Positions 1 to 9,470 of a stretch of 64,000 nt of DNA are shown here, in pieces. How positions within the stretch are numbered: position 1 is the first letter of the stretch; every line of letters starts with the position of its first letter. Both the position numbers and the translations under genes were made by a program. The DNA lies in NCBI GenBank assembly GCA_963734545.1, contig CAVTHO010000006.1, positions 416,001 to 480,000 of the forward strand, in the 5' to 3' direction. A model generated the notes under the pieces. That model was not told where the DNA came from. It worked only from the letters and a program-made list of their open reading frames with translations, and searched no databases. Source of the stretch: an uncultured Spirochaetota bacterium. GTDB lineage: Bacteria > Spirochaetota > Spirochaetia > SZUA-6 > Fen-1364.

Positions 1-1
1 T

Positions 2-472
2 CCGGACGTCCGGAAGACCATCGATGCCGGGGACTTCAATGCAGCCCTTCAGAAGCTCGGCAAGGCGGAGGCGCCGTCTGATCCCGCGCTCGCTTTCGAG
101 CTCCTGTACTGGAAGGGATTCTGCTACTTCCAGCTCGAGGATTACCCCGACGCGACAGCGTGCTTTTCCGACGCCTACGCGCGCATGGGCGCCTCGCGCA
201 GTGCGGTGAGCCCGGACCAGCGGAGCTTCCTCCTCTTTCAGCTTGGTTCCTCGTACTTCTTCCTTGGAAAGGAAAAGGAGGCTGTTCCCGTCCTGTCCGA
301 GTACCTGGCGGACAATGCCGACGCGCCGCTTGCCCCGTACGCGACACTCCTGCTCGCCCAGTCACTGGCCGCCTCCGGAGACGGAAGCCGCGCCCGGTCC
401 CTGGCGAGCGCCGCGGCAAAGAAGTACAAGGGAACCGATCTCGAGAGCGAGTTCGCTTCCCTTCAGAAATGA
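2..472 (+). CDS. TPR-like helical repeat protein, 5' partial
   Basis: Frame open from the window edge (PDVRKTIDAGDFNAALQKL...LLYWKGFCYFQLEDY...LFQLGSSYFFLGK...LLLAQSLAASGD) with TPR-like patterns; stop overlaps next start (ATGA). Confidence 0.65.
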   Translation, partial: PDVRKTIDAGDFNAALQKLGKAEAPSDPALAFELLYWKGFCYFQLEDYPDATACFSDAYARMGASRSAVSPDQRSFLLFQLGSSYFFLGKEKEAVPVLSEYLADNADAPLAPYATLLLAQSLAASGDGSRARSLASAAAKKYKGTDLESEFASLQK

Positions 473-2212
473 GTCCGCGCCGCATCGGCAGGTACGCTCT
501 TCTGCTCCTTGCCGGACTGGGACTGGGCGCTCTTGTCTTCGGCGGGGAGAATTTCCTGGAGCGCTTCTTCATCGATCTGCGCTTTTTCATCGTCTCGTCG
601 CTCAACGTGCAGGAGACGGCTTCGAACCAGATCGCCGTCATCAGGATCGACCTCCGCTCTGAGAGCGCGCTCGCGCTTCCGTTCGGCCCGAAGTGGCGCT
701 CACAGTATCCCGCGTTCCTCCAGAAGGTGAACGAGGCGGGGGCTTCCCTCGTCGTTTTCGATTCGATGTTCCTCGACAGTGAGCCCCGGTGGGACCCGCC
801 GCTCGCGGCCGCGCTCGCCCGCGCGGGCAATGCCATTGCGGGAGAGGACGGCTCCCGGCCCACGCAGGAGGCCCTCCGCGGCTCATTCCTCGCCCTCGGC
901 AATCTCAATATCAAGCCGCTGGGCGGCAAGCCGCGGTTCGTCCGCGCCGGCGCTGCCGGGGGCGCTGGCGCCCCTCTCCGTGCTCGCCGCGGAGGAATAC
1001 GTGAAACGCACCGGCGCCGCGTTCGAGGAGGTCGGACAGAGCGGGGCAGGTTTCTGGATCAACTACCGGGAGCCGCCCGGGTATTTTCCCTCCTTCTCCT
1101 TTGTCGATGTCATGAATGCGCAGGGGGGAAGGCTCGCGGACGCCGCGCAGACTCCGCTCTCGGTCCTGACAGGCAGGATCGTTTTCATCGGGCTGGACGA
1201 CACGACGAGCAAGAGCGACCGTTTCAGGTTCCCGAATACGTGGGGCCGTGACTACCCGGGCGTGCTGGCCCACGCGTATGCAACGGACACGATCCTGCGT
1301 GACAGACCCGTGCTGAGAGCGTCGCCCTGGGTCGATGCCGGCATCACTCTCGGTTTCCTCGTTGTCCTGCTCTTTCTGCTCGAGATGCGCGCGAGAAAAA
1401 CGCGGGCGTTCCTTCTCATCATCCTGCCGCTCGCCGTGTTTCTTCTCTACGTCGTGCTGCTCTCCGGGCTCAACCTCTGGCCCGGTTATGCTCCGATCTT
1501 TGCCGCCTTCTGGTCGGTTCTTCTCCTGCACTGGGCGCTGCTCCGCATCTCCCTCGTTTCCAGCCTGAGCCGGGCCATGGGATTCGACGCGCGCCTGATG
1601 GACGCTTTCCGCAGGGAGAGCGCCCGCGCGGGCGGGCCTGTCCGCAAGGAGGTGGCAATCCTGATTGCCGATGTCCGCGACTATACGCGCTATGTCTCGG
1701 GCACGGATCCCGTGGCTGTGTCCCATGTCATGGCGGAATACATGGAAGCGATGGAGCGTTGCATCACGGCGCGCGGCGGGTACATCAACAAGTACGTGGG
1801 GGACGAAATAATCGCGGTGTTCGGGTTCCCGCTTGCGGCGGAGCAGTGCGTCCAGCGGGCGGCACAAGCCGCCATCGCCATGCAGGACGATCTTTCCCGG
1901 CTCGTCGTCTCATGGAAGGAGCGGGGTCTGCCCAGCATAGAGCGGATCGGCATCGGCATCGACACGGGAGTAGTGGTGTTCGCCGAAGTGGGGGGAAGAA
2001 CCAAGAGTCAGTTCGACATCATCGGGGACTGCATAAACGGCGCATCGCGCATCGAGCATCTCACCAAGGAGCTCCGCAGGGCCCTGCTCATCTCGGAAGA
2101 AGCCTACGATGCCCTGGAAAGCGACGACAGTCTGTCCGGGTCGTTCGAGCTCGTGAAATCCGTCGTGGTGCGAGGGCAGGGAGAAAGGAAGATTTTCGGT
2201 CTCGTGCGCTGA
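469..2212 (+). CDS. CHASE2-domain class III adenylate cyclase; +1 frameshift near 958
   Basis: N-terminal TM and CHASE2 motifs (IAVIRID, VVFDSMF, YPGVLAHA), 3 TM helices, then cyclase motifs ADVRDYT, KYVGDEI, DIIGDCINGASR. The two ORF halves join by removing one G from the G5 run at 958-962. Confidence 0.85.
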
Positions 2213-2224
2213 ACCGGCCGGACT

Positions 2225-2716
2225 TCAGGACCTGTCCACCTTCAACGTCAGGGTCGCCCGCTCCGATTCGACGAAACCCAGCTTGCGCCAGGACCCCATG
2301 GCCTTCCGGCCGGCGTGACTCACCTCCAGTCGAAGGGCGACGCACTCCTGGGGCGCCACCTTTTTCAGGAGCGTGATGAAATCTTCCGCAATGCCCTGCT
2401 CCCGATGATCAGGGGAAACGTACAGCTCGTCGATCACGACCAGCACGCCGCCGTACGTGTTGCTCCAGCGCGGGATCAGAATGCAGTACCCGACCAGGCA
2501 TTCTTCCCTCTCGAAGACGAGGATGGTGCCCTTGTCCTTGTGATGCTGGAGCTCCCGCACCGTGGACAGGAGCTGCGCGGGGCTGATTTCCATTCCCGGC
2601 AGCTCCTCCCGGTGGCGGCGCGCCGCGAGGTGAAGGAAACCGGGGACATCGGGAGGGGTGATTGCACGATAGGTCGCCTTGGGCGTGACCAGGGTATAGT
2701 CGAGCACTTCCGTCAC
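2225..2716 (-). CDS. GNAT family N-acetyltransferase
   Basis: IDELYVSPDHREQGIA acetyl-CoA motif and WRKLGF; GTG start overlaps the ligase stop (GTGA). Confidence 0.8.
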   Translation of the reverse strand: MTEVLDYTLVTPKATYRAITPPDVPGFLHLAARRHREELPGMEISPAQLLSTVRELQHHKDKGTILVFEREECLVGYCILIPRWSNTYGGVLVVIDELYVSPDHREQGIAEDFITLLKKVAPQECVALRLEVSHAGRKAMGSWRKLGFVESERATLTLKVDRS

Positions 2717-4425
2717 GTCTCCGCCGGGGCGGGCGGTTCCTGCTCTTCCAGGGAGCGATAGGCTACTTTTCCCACCAGGGTCAGGGGCAAACGCTCGCGG
2801 AACTCGATGCAGCGCGGGCAGGAGTGGGGCATCAGCTCTTTCCGGCAGAGCTCGATCAGCTCCTTTTCCAGATCCGGGCCGGCCTGCCATCCCTCATTCA
2901 GCGTCACGAACCCCTTGGGCACCTGGACCTTGGTGGGGTGGGAAACGCCGACGACGCAGGAGAGACGCACCGCGGGATGCTTGTTCAGGACGTCTTCGAT
3001 CTGGGTGGGGTACACGCTGATACCGGATGACTTGATGATCCTCTTCATGCGCAGCTTGAAATAGAAGAATCCATCCGGGTCCATGTATCCCAGGTCCCCG
3101 GTGTGCAGCCAGAGACGACCATCCTCGTGCAGGCGGAGGGACGCCGCCGTCTCCTGCGGATCGTCGAGGTAGCCCAGCATCAGCGTGGGGCCGCTCACGC
3201 AGATCTCCCCTTCCTGGTTCGGGTCCGCCTCCACGGTGGTGTCAAGGCGCACCACTTTTCCCAGCATGTCCGGGTAGGGGACCCCCATACTCCCCTCCCG
3301 ATAGTGGTCACGCGGCATCAGGATATTGGCAGTAACGGACTCGGTGAGCCCGTATCCTTCCCGCAGCGGTGTCGTTCCCCCGTTCTTCCGCACCACCGCT
3401 TCGAATCGATCCTTTGTCTGCCGGCTGAGGGTGTCCCCGCCGCAGAACAGACCCTTGAAGCTTGCCAGGCGTGTGCGATTGAATGCCCGGTTTGCCGAAA
3501 GGGCATCGAACAGGGTCGGGACGCCCGCCAGGTACGCGGGTTTGAACTTGTTCACCAGCCCTGCAAGTGCGTTCGCATTGAAACGCGGGACCAGGATGCA
3601 GGTCCCCCCGTGGATCAGCATGGCGTGGATGCCGACCGCCAGGCCGAATCCATGAAACATCGGCAGGATGGAAAGCATCGAATCACCGGGGAGGATGGGT
3701 CCCCCTGCCGCGTTGGTCTGGATGGCCAGGGCGTTGCAGTTGCGGCTGGTCAGCATGATGGCTTTGGAAGCGCCCGTGGTGCCTCCGCTGAAAAGGAAAA
3801 GGGCCAGCTCCGTCTGTGACAACGGGTCCGGACGATCGAGCTCGGGCGCCGCGGCGGCTTTTTTCTCGAGGTCCTTCCAGGTCAGGAGGCCGGGGTCCGG
3901 CGCGATCTTCGCGGTCTTGCGGCCTTCAGTCAGTGAATAGCCGAACGAGAGCAGCGGTCCCATGAATTCATTGGCCCTGCACAGAACGGTCCGCCTGATC
4001 GGGCTCTGTCCCTTCACCTCGGCAAAACGGGGGTAGAACGAATCCAGTGTGACCGCCCAGGTGCACGAAGTCTGCCGGGCGTGGGCGCGGATCTCCGCGG
4101 GGGCGGAAAGCGGGTGGATCATTGCCGGGACAGCCCCCAGACGATTCAGCGCGTAGAACACGATCACCGCCTGGGGAATATTCGGCATGCACACAAGGAC
4201 ATGGTCTCCCGGGCGAAGTCCTTCCGCGCCGAGCCCGCGGCTGATCCGGCAGATATGGCGATCCAGCTCGGCATAGGTCATGCGCCGGCCCATGAACACC
4301 AGGGCGGTCACCGTGGGGACGGTGGAGGCCATGCGGCGGCAGGCGCCGTACATCGAGAGCTCCGGATAGCTGAGGGTGGCCGGGATGTCCCCATAGAACC
4401 GGAGCCAGGGTTTTGTCTCGTACAT
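2713..4425 (-). CDS. Long-chain fatty acid--CoA ligase (AMP-binding family)
   Basis: FSGGTTGASK, EGYGLTE, WLHTGDLG and LTLVGK adenylation motifs. Confidence 0.9.
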   Translation of the reverse strand: MYETKPWLRFYGDIPATLSYPELSMYGACRRMASTVPTVTALVFMGRRMTYAELDRHICRISRGLGAEGLRPGDHVLVCMPNIPQAVIVFYALNRLGAVPAMIHPLSAPAEIRAHARQTSCTWAVTLDSFYPRFAEVKGQSPIRRTVLCRANEFMGPLLSFGYSLTEGRKTAKIAPDPGLLTWKDLEKKAAAAPELDRPDPLSQTELALFLFSGGTTGASKAIMLTSRNCNALAIQTNAAGGPILPGDSMLSILPMFHGFGLAVGIHAMLIHGGTCILVPRFNANALAGLVNKFKPAYLAGVPTLFDALSANRAFNRTRLASFKGLFCGGDTLSRQTKDRFEAVVRKNGGTTPLREGYGLTESVTANILMPRDHYREGSMGVPYPDMLGKVVRLDTTVEADPNQEGEICVSGPTLMLGYLDDPQETAASLRLHEDGRLWLHTGDLGYMDPDGFFYFKLRMKRIIKSSGISVYPTQIEDVLNKHPAVRLSCVVGVSHPTKVQVPKGFVTLNEGWQAGPDLEKELIELCRKELMPHSCPRCIEFRERLPLTLVGKVAYRSLEEQEPPAPAET

Positions 4426-4428
4426 GCG

Positions 4429-5316
4429 CTATTCCTTCAACATCAATTCCCCGAGGAGCGCGGGGCTGATCTCCGGCATTCTCTCCAGCTGCTCGGGGTT
4501 CTCCACGAAACCGCGGAACAGGTCGATTGCCCGGCCGCAGTAGATCCCGTCTGCCATGCGATCGTCGTATGTGAAGGTCACTTTCACACGGTCCCGCTTC
4601 TGTACGGACCCGTCCTCCGCAGGAACGTATTCCCTGCGGATCTTTCCCAGGGCAATGAAGAGGCCGCAGGTACCGATGTTGAAGTTGTGGTGAAGAGGCG
4701 CGTCGATGCCGACGCTTCCCACGTTGGTAAAGAAAATGGTGGCATAGAACGGCAATGACTTGATGAAAGAGCCGGAGAGCATGTTGTGGTAGTCCAGGAA
4801 CCGGATGCCCCAGATCACCAGGCGGATCATCCATCGCGGCAGCTTCATCAGGAGGGCATTGATGTCGTCTCCCTCGTTCCCCTCGTCACTTTTGCCTCGG
4901 CTGACATGCGCCGTCACCTTTGCGGAAAGCGTCTCCAGGGTTTCGTTCGGGGCGAACGGGATGGTGATGTTGATCTCCCCGCCCTCATCGGTGAGCTGCT
5001 TCTTGGCAACGAAATTGAACACGATCTGGTTCCGCTGGTAATAGTTCAACCCGGAGATGAAGCGGTTCATCTTCGGCCGGAGCGCCACGGTCCTGACTGC
5101 CGCGCAGAGAAACAGGTGGAAGAAACTGATCCTTCCGCCGCTGCGGCCGTTTTCTCCGTTATGCTTCCTCACGTACTCCAGGGCACGTGTCACGTCGAAA
5201 TCCTGCTCGAAATAGATGCTTGCATCGGTTCGGACAGGCATCAGGTAGGGCAGGATGCGGGTAAAATGCGACAGGTTTCCCAGGTACGTTCCATCGGGGC
5301 GTGATTTCTTCAGCAT
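4429..5316 (-). CDS. Stand-alone 2-oxoacid dehydrogenase E2-like acyltransferase catalytic domain protein
   Basis: FFTNVGSVG and TFTYDDRMADG (cf. DHRxxDG); no lipoyl domain; start MLKKSRPDG at 5316. Confidence 0.75.
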   Translation of the reverse strand: MLKKSRPDGTYLGNLSHFTRILPYLMPVRTDASIYFEQDFDVTRALEYVRKHNGENGRSGGRISFFHLFLCAAVRTVALRPKMNRFISGLNYYQRNQIVFNFVAKKQLTDEGGEINITIPFAPNETLETLSAKVTAHVSRGKSDEGNEGDDINALLMKLPRWMIRLVIWGIRFLDYHNMLSGSFIKSLPFYATIFFTNVGSVGIDAPLHHNFNIGTCGLFIALGKIRREYVPAEDGSVQKRDRVKVTFTYDDRMADGIYCGRAIDLFRGFVENPEQLERMPEISPALLGELMLKE

Positions 5317-5363
5317 AGGGTGCCTCAGTATACACGGGTTCTCTGAAAATCGGAATCGATTTT

Positions 5364-5660
5364 TCAGCCAAAGAATTGCTCCCATTCCAGGCTTCTGGCC
5401 ATGGCCAGGCCGACCTTCGATGGATCAGACGGCACCTGCTCCGACCGTATCTCGTCTCTGCGGCGCCGTATCCGCTCCAGCAGGATCAGGTCGTCAATCG
5501 AAACGATTGCCGCGATCTTTCTGCCTCGGCGCGTAATCAGCACCGGATTGCTTCCGAATGCCGCGCGATTGACAATCTGCGAGAGGCCGCGGCGAAGCTC
5601 CTCTGTGCTCACGACGGGTGGAGTACTGGGACGGATAAAGTCACCGAGCTGGGCTGCCAT
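5364..5660 (-). CDS. Phd/YefM family antitoxin-like protein (no adjacent toxin)
   Basis: VSTEELRRGLSQIVNRA...PVLITRRGRKIAAIVSIDD matches the Phd/YefM N-terminal pattern. Confidence 0.8.
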   Translation of the reverse strand: MAAQLGDFIRPSTPPVVSTEELRRGLSQIVNRAAFGSNPVLITRRGRKIAAIVSIDDLILLERIRRRRDEIRSEQVPSDPSKVGLAMARSLEWEQFFG

Positions 5661-5850
5661 ATGACAAGGTACAGCCGGAAACTGCCGCGCACTTGCGCGA
5701 GGGAGGGGCGGAACGACTCACGCGAACCTCTGAAAACGTACAATACCACGGGTTCGCGCTCACATGATTCGCACACGCCGCGGCCGGTTCATGCCTGCGG
5801 CGCTGTCAACCCACTTGTCCTCTCGTTTGGAGAGCCCGTACAATCAGCCA

Positions 5851-6642
5851 ATGATCCAGGAAATCCTGCGCCCCCGTACCGTCCAGGAGGCGGTTCGGGC
5901 CAAATCAAGAGCGGGCGCCGCCTATCTGGGCGGGGGGACATGGCTCAATGCGATCCAATCCGACGAGCCTGCCACGCTGATTTCACTCGAGAACCTCGGA
6001 CTGGGCGCCATCGAGACCGCGCGGGATCGCTGTACCATCGGCGCGACGGCGAGCCTGCAGGAGATTGTCGATGCGGCGGCTGTGCCGCCGGCCGTGCGCG
6101 CGGCAGCTGCCCTGACCAGCTCGCGCCCGGTTCGGAATATGCGGACGATCGGCGGAGAGCTCGGACAGTGTGCGCCGGATTCCGCCCTTGTCCCTGTTCT
6201 GATAGCACTGAGCGCCGAGGTCGCCCTGGCCGGGAAGAGGAAGCCATATCCGATCGAGCAGTACTGCAAGGAGCGCCCCGCAGACCTGATTCTCTCCGTT
6301 TCGATGCCCCTGCTCCCGTGCGCAGTCAAGGCTGTCTCCCGGACCTCTCACAGCCCCAGGTCGCTCGTCGTGGCGGTGAGCTTCCGGGATTGCGCGCCCG
6401 CGTTCACTGGAGTCCGTGTCGTCGTGAGCGACTGCCGCGGGCAGCGCGTGCGGCTTCAGGAGGTGGAGCGCGCGCTGGAGGGAAGCGCGCTGCCCGCGAA
6501 GAGCCGGGTCGAGGAATGGGTCGGCACGGCCTTTGCGCCGGCGGCCGATATCCACGCCTCCTCCGCGTACAAGCGCTACATGGCCGGCATCCTGGTTGCG
6601 GACGCGCTCCACGCCATCGCATCCGGAAAGGACGCGCCATGA
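5851..6642 (+). CDS. ygfM: Molybdenum hydroxylase FAD-binding subunit (YgfM-like)
   Basis: RPRTVQEAV, YLGGGTWLN, VRNMRTIGGE, DIHASSAYKRY; overlaps the xdhD start. Confidence 0.8.
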   Translation: MIQEILRPRTVQEAVRAKSRAGAAYLGGGTWLNAIQSDEPATLISLENLGLGAIETARDRCTIGATASLQEIVDAAAVPPAVRAAAALTSSRPVRNMRTIGGELGQCAPDSALVPVLIALSAEVALAGKRKPYPIEQYCKERPADLILSVSMPLLPCAVKAVSRTSHSPRSLVVAVSFRDCAPAFTGVRVVVSDCRGQRVRLQEVERALEGSALPAKSRVEEWVGTAFAPAADIHASSAYKRYMAGILVADALHAIASGKDAP

Positions 6643-9470
6643 GGGTCTCCTTTGTCCTGAACGGCGTGCCGCGCGAGGTGACTGCGGAGCCCGGCGAGAC
6701 TCTGCAGGAGCTTCTCCAGCGTCTCGGTATCCACTCTGTGCGAAGGGCGGACGACCGCGAAGGTTTTGCCGGCAGCGATACGGTCCTGCTCGATGGCAGG
6801 GCGGTCCTGGCCGGTCTCATGCATCCCTGCCAGGCCGAGGGCCGCTCGATCGAAACCATCGAGAGCCTCATGCAGAACGGCCGTCTCTCCGCGCTGCAGG
6901 GGGCGATGCTGGACGCCGGCGTGGTGCAATCCGCGTTCAACAGCCCGGCGGCAGCGCTCCTCATCGAGGAGCTGCTCAGAAGGACGCCCGCGCCCACCGC
7001 GGACGACGTGCGGGACGCTCTCTCGGGTCTGTTCAGCCGCGCGACCGGCTACCAGCAGTTCTTTCTCGCCGTGGAGCTCGCCCGCGGGCGGAGGAACGAT
7101 CCTTCCTTCACCCTGCCCGTTGCCGAGCAATTCCGGGACGACCTTCGGGTCATCGGCAAGTCGCACAGGCGCGTGGACGGCGTGAAGCTCGTTGCGGGGA
7201 TGAAGGCCTACGTGGAAGACAGGGTCGAGCCGGGGAGCTGCGTGCTGGCCATGCTGCGCAGTCCCCACGCGCACGCGCGCATCGCGCACATCGACATCTC
7301 CGCGGCCGCGGCGATGCCGGGGGTGGTTGCCATCATTACCCATGAGAACTGCCCTGATTTTCTCTACACCCAGGCCGGCCAGGGATTCCCCGAGCCCTCA
7401 CCGTACGACTTCAGGATGTTCGGCAAGGTGGTGCGGCACGTGGGGGACAGGGTCGCCGCGGTCGTGGCAGAGGACGCGCGGACCGCCGCGGAGGCGGTGA
7501 AGCGCATCGTGGTGCGCTACGACGTGCTGCCCGCCGTGCTTTCACTGGACGAGGCGGCAGCGGCGAACGCTCCGGCCGTGCACGGCGACCAGCTCGAGCG
7601 GATCGTCTACCAGTTCCCCATCGGGGCTGACGCGCGGAGAAACCTGGCAGCGAGCGCGTCAGGCTCCATCGGAGACGTTGATCGTGGATTCGCGGAGGCG
7701 GATGCAGTGGTGGAGCGTACGTACACCACGAGCAGGGTGCAGTGCACTCCGCTCGAGCCGCACGTCGTGTACACGAAGATGGACGGAGATCGGCTGGTCA
7801 TCCACGCCTCGACGCAGGTCCCCTGGCACGTGCGCAGGATCGTTGCCCGGGTGCTGGGCATGAAAGAGAACCGGATCCGCGTGATCAAGGAGCGGATGGG
7901 GGGAGGGTACGGAACCAAGCAGGACGTTCTCCTGGAGGACGTCTGCGCATGGGCAACCCTTCAGACCGGTCGGGCCGTGTTCTACAAGTTCTCGCGTGAA
8001 GAGGAGTTCATCGCCTCGACCAACCGCCATCCCATGCGGTTCACCGTGAAGATGGGAGCAAAGAAGGACGGGAGGCTGACGGCCATCCGCATGACCGGGG
8101 ACGCCGATACGGGCGCCTTCGGAAATCACGCGCTCACCGTGCCCATGAACGCCTGCTCCAAGTCGCTGCCCCTGTTTCGATGCGACAATGTCTCATTCGA
8201 GGTCAGGGCCTGGTACACCAACCACGTGCAGTCGGGCGCGTATCAGGGCTACGGGGCGCCGCAGGGATCCTTTGCCGTGCAGATGGCCGCAGCCGAGCTG
8301 GCAGCAGAGCTCGGGATGGATCAGCTCGAGTTCCTGGAAAAGAACATGGTGAGGGAAGGGGACGCGCCGGAGATCCTGAAGAGCCTCGGGGAAGGCCGTC
8401 CCGGCGCCGCCACAAAAGTGCGAAGCTGCGGGCTGGAAAAGGCGATTGCCGAAGGCCGCGCGAGCATCGAGTGGGGGCGGCCTGCAGAGCATCCCGATCC
8501 GGAATCCGCGGAGTACCGCGGCAGTGACGTGAAGCTCGGCAAGGGGGCCGTGATCATCCAGCAGGGCTCCGGCCTTCCCGGGCTGGACCAGTCCGTTGTC
8601 AATGTGAAGCTTCTGTCCGACGGTACATTCATGGTGCACTCCGGCGGCGCGGACCTGGGCACGGGACTGGATACCGCGCTCGCCAAGATCGTTGCGGAAA
8701 CGCTCTGCTGCGACATGGGCAGCGTGGCGGTCATTACCGGGGACACGGATATCACGCCGTTCGACAAGGGTGCCTATGCATCCAGCGGCACGTACTTCAC
8801 AGGCAATGCGGCGCTCAAAGCGGCCGAGGCGCTTTCCGCGAAGCTGCTGGACGCTGCTGCCGGAATATTGAAGGAACCGCGGGAAGACCTGGCGCTCGCG
8901 CATCCAGGCAAGGTTGCGGGCAGGCGCGGCAGCGTGGACTACGCGGCCATCGCGCGTGAGCGCCAGACAGGGGAGGGCGGGGGCGAGCTCATGGGAAGCG
9001 CCACGTTCACCACGGATGACGCGGCGTTCCCCTACGCGGCGCATTTCTGCAGGGTGGGGGTCAACACCCGGACCGGCGCGATCGAGGTGCGGAGCTACCA
9101 TGCCGTGCACGACTGCGGGACGCCGATCAACCCCGAGCTCGCCGTCGGCCAGGTCTACGGCGGCATTCTCAAATCCATCGGCCACGCGCTCTACGAGGAG
9201 ATGATCTTCGACGCCGAAGGGCGCTGCCTCACTACGGGGCTTGCCGCCTACGGCGCCCCCATGATACAGGAGCTTCCGCGCGACCTGAGGGTCCGGCTCG
9301 TCCAGACCGACGATCCCTTCGGCCCCTTCGGAGGGAAAAGCGTCGCGGAGATCAGCGTCAACGGCGCGGCACCCGTTCTGGCAATCGCCATCCACGATGC
9401 CGTGGGCGTCTGGGTGCGCGACTGGCCCCTGACGCCGGAAAAGATATTGAAGCAGCTCGGGAGGTTCTGA
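6639..9470 (+). CDS. xdhD: Fused molybdopterin oxidoreductase Mo/Fe-S-like subunit (XdhD/YgfN)
   Basis: Close resemblance to E. coli XdhD: FAGSD, GVVQS, LSGLFSR, LRSPHAHA, STQVPWH, GGGYGTKQ, YQGYGAPQG, GAYASSGT, GGKSVAE. Confidence 0.9.
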   Translation: MRVSFVLNGVPREVTAEPGETLQELLQRLGIHSVRRADDREGFAGSDTVLLDGRAVLAGLMHPCQAEGRSIETIESLMQNGRLSALQGAMLDAGVVQSAFNSPAAALLIEELLRRTPAPTADDVRDALSGLFSRATGYQQFFLAVELARGRRNDPSFTLPVAEQFRDDLRVIGKSHRRVDGVKLVAGMKAYVEDRVEPGSCVLAMLRSPHAHARIAHIDISAAAAMPGVVAIITHENCPDFLYTQAGQGFPEPSPYDFRMFGKVVRHVGDRVAAVVAEDARTAAEAVKRIVVRYDVLPAVLSLDEAAAANAPAVHGDQLERIVYQFPIGADARRNLAASASGSIGDVDRGFAEADAVVERTYTTSRVQCTPLEPHVVYTKMDGDRLVIHASTQVPWHVRRIVARVLGMKENRIRVIKERMGGGYGTKQDVLLEDVCAWATLQTGRAVFYKFSREEEFIASTNRHPMRFTVKMGAKKDGRLTAIRMTGDADTGAFGNHALTVPMNACSKSLPLFRCDNVSFEVRAWYTNHVQSGAYQGYGAPQGSFAVQMAAAELAAELGMDQLEFLEKNMVREGDAPEILKSLGEGRPGAATKVRSCGLEKAIAEGRASIEWGRPAEHPDPESAEYRGSDVKLGKGAVIIQQGSGLPGLDQSVVNVKLLSDGTFMVHSGGADLGTGLDTALAKIVAETLCCDMGSVAVITGDTDITPFDKGAYASSGTYFTGNAALKAAEALSAKLLDAAAGILKEPREDLALAHPGKVAGRRGSVDYAAIARERQTGEGGGELMGSATFTTDDAAFPYAAHFCRVGVNTRTGAIEVRSYHAVHDCGTPINPELAVGQVYGGILKSIGHALYEEMIFDAEGRCLTTGLAAYGAPMIQELPRDLRVRLVQTDDPFGPFGGKSVAEISVNGAAPVLAIAIHDAVGVWVRDWPLTPEKILKQLGRF

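Noticed and set aside
5661-5850. Purine or Moco riboswitch upstream of ygfM-xdhD
   Set aside because: No recognisable aptamer consensus, and a -10 sits 6 nt before the ATG, leaving no leader; an Rfam scan would be decisive.
5376-6638. 1364-aa ORF suggesting a long N-terminal extension of XdhD
   Set aside because: The extension is a stop-free shadow frame over phd and ygfM; the real start is the ATG at 6639.
6639-7100. XdhD 2Fe-2S-like domain lacks the cluster cysteines
   Set aside because: As I recall, E. coli XdhD has the same degenerate domain, so this is a family trait.
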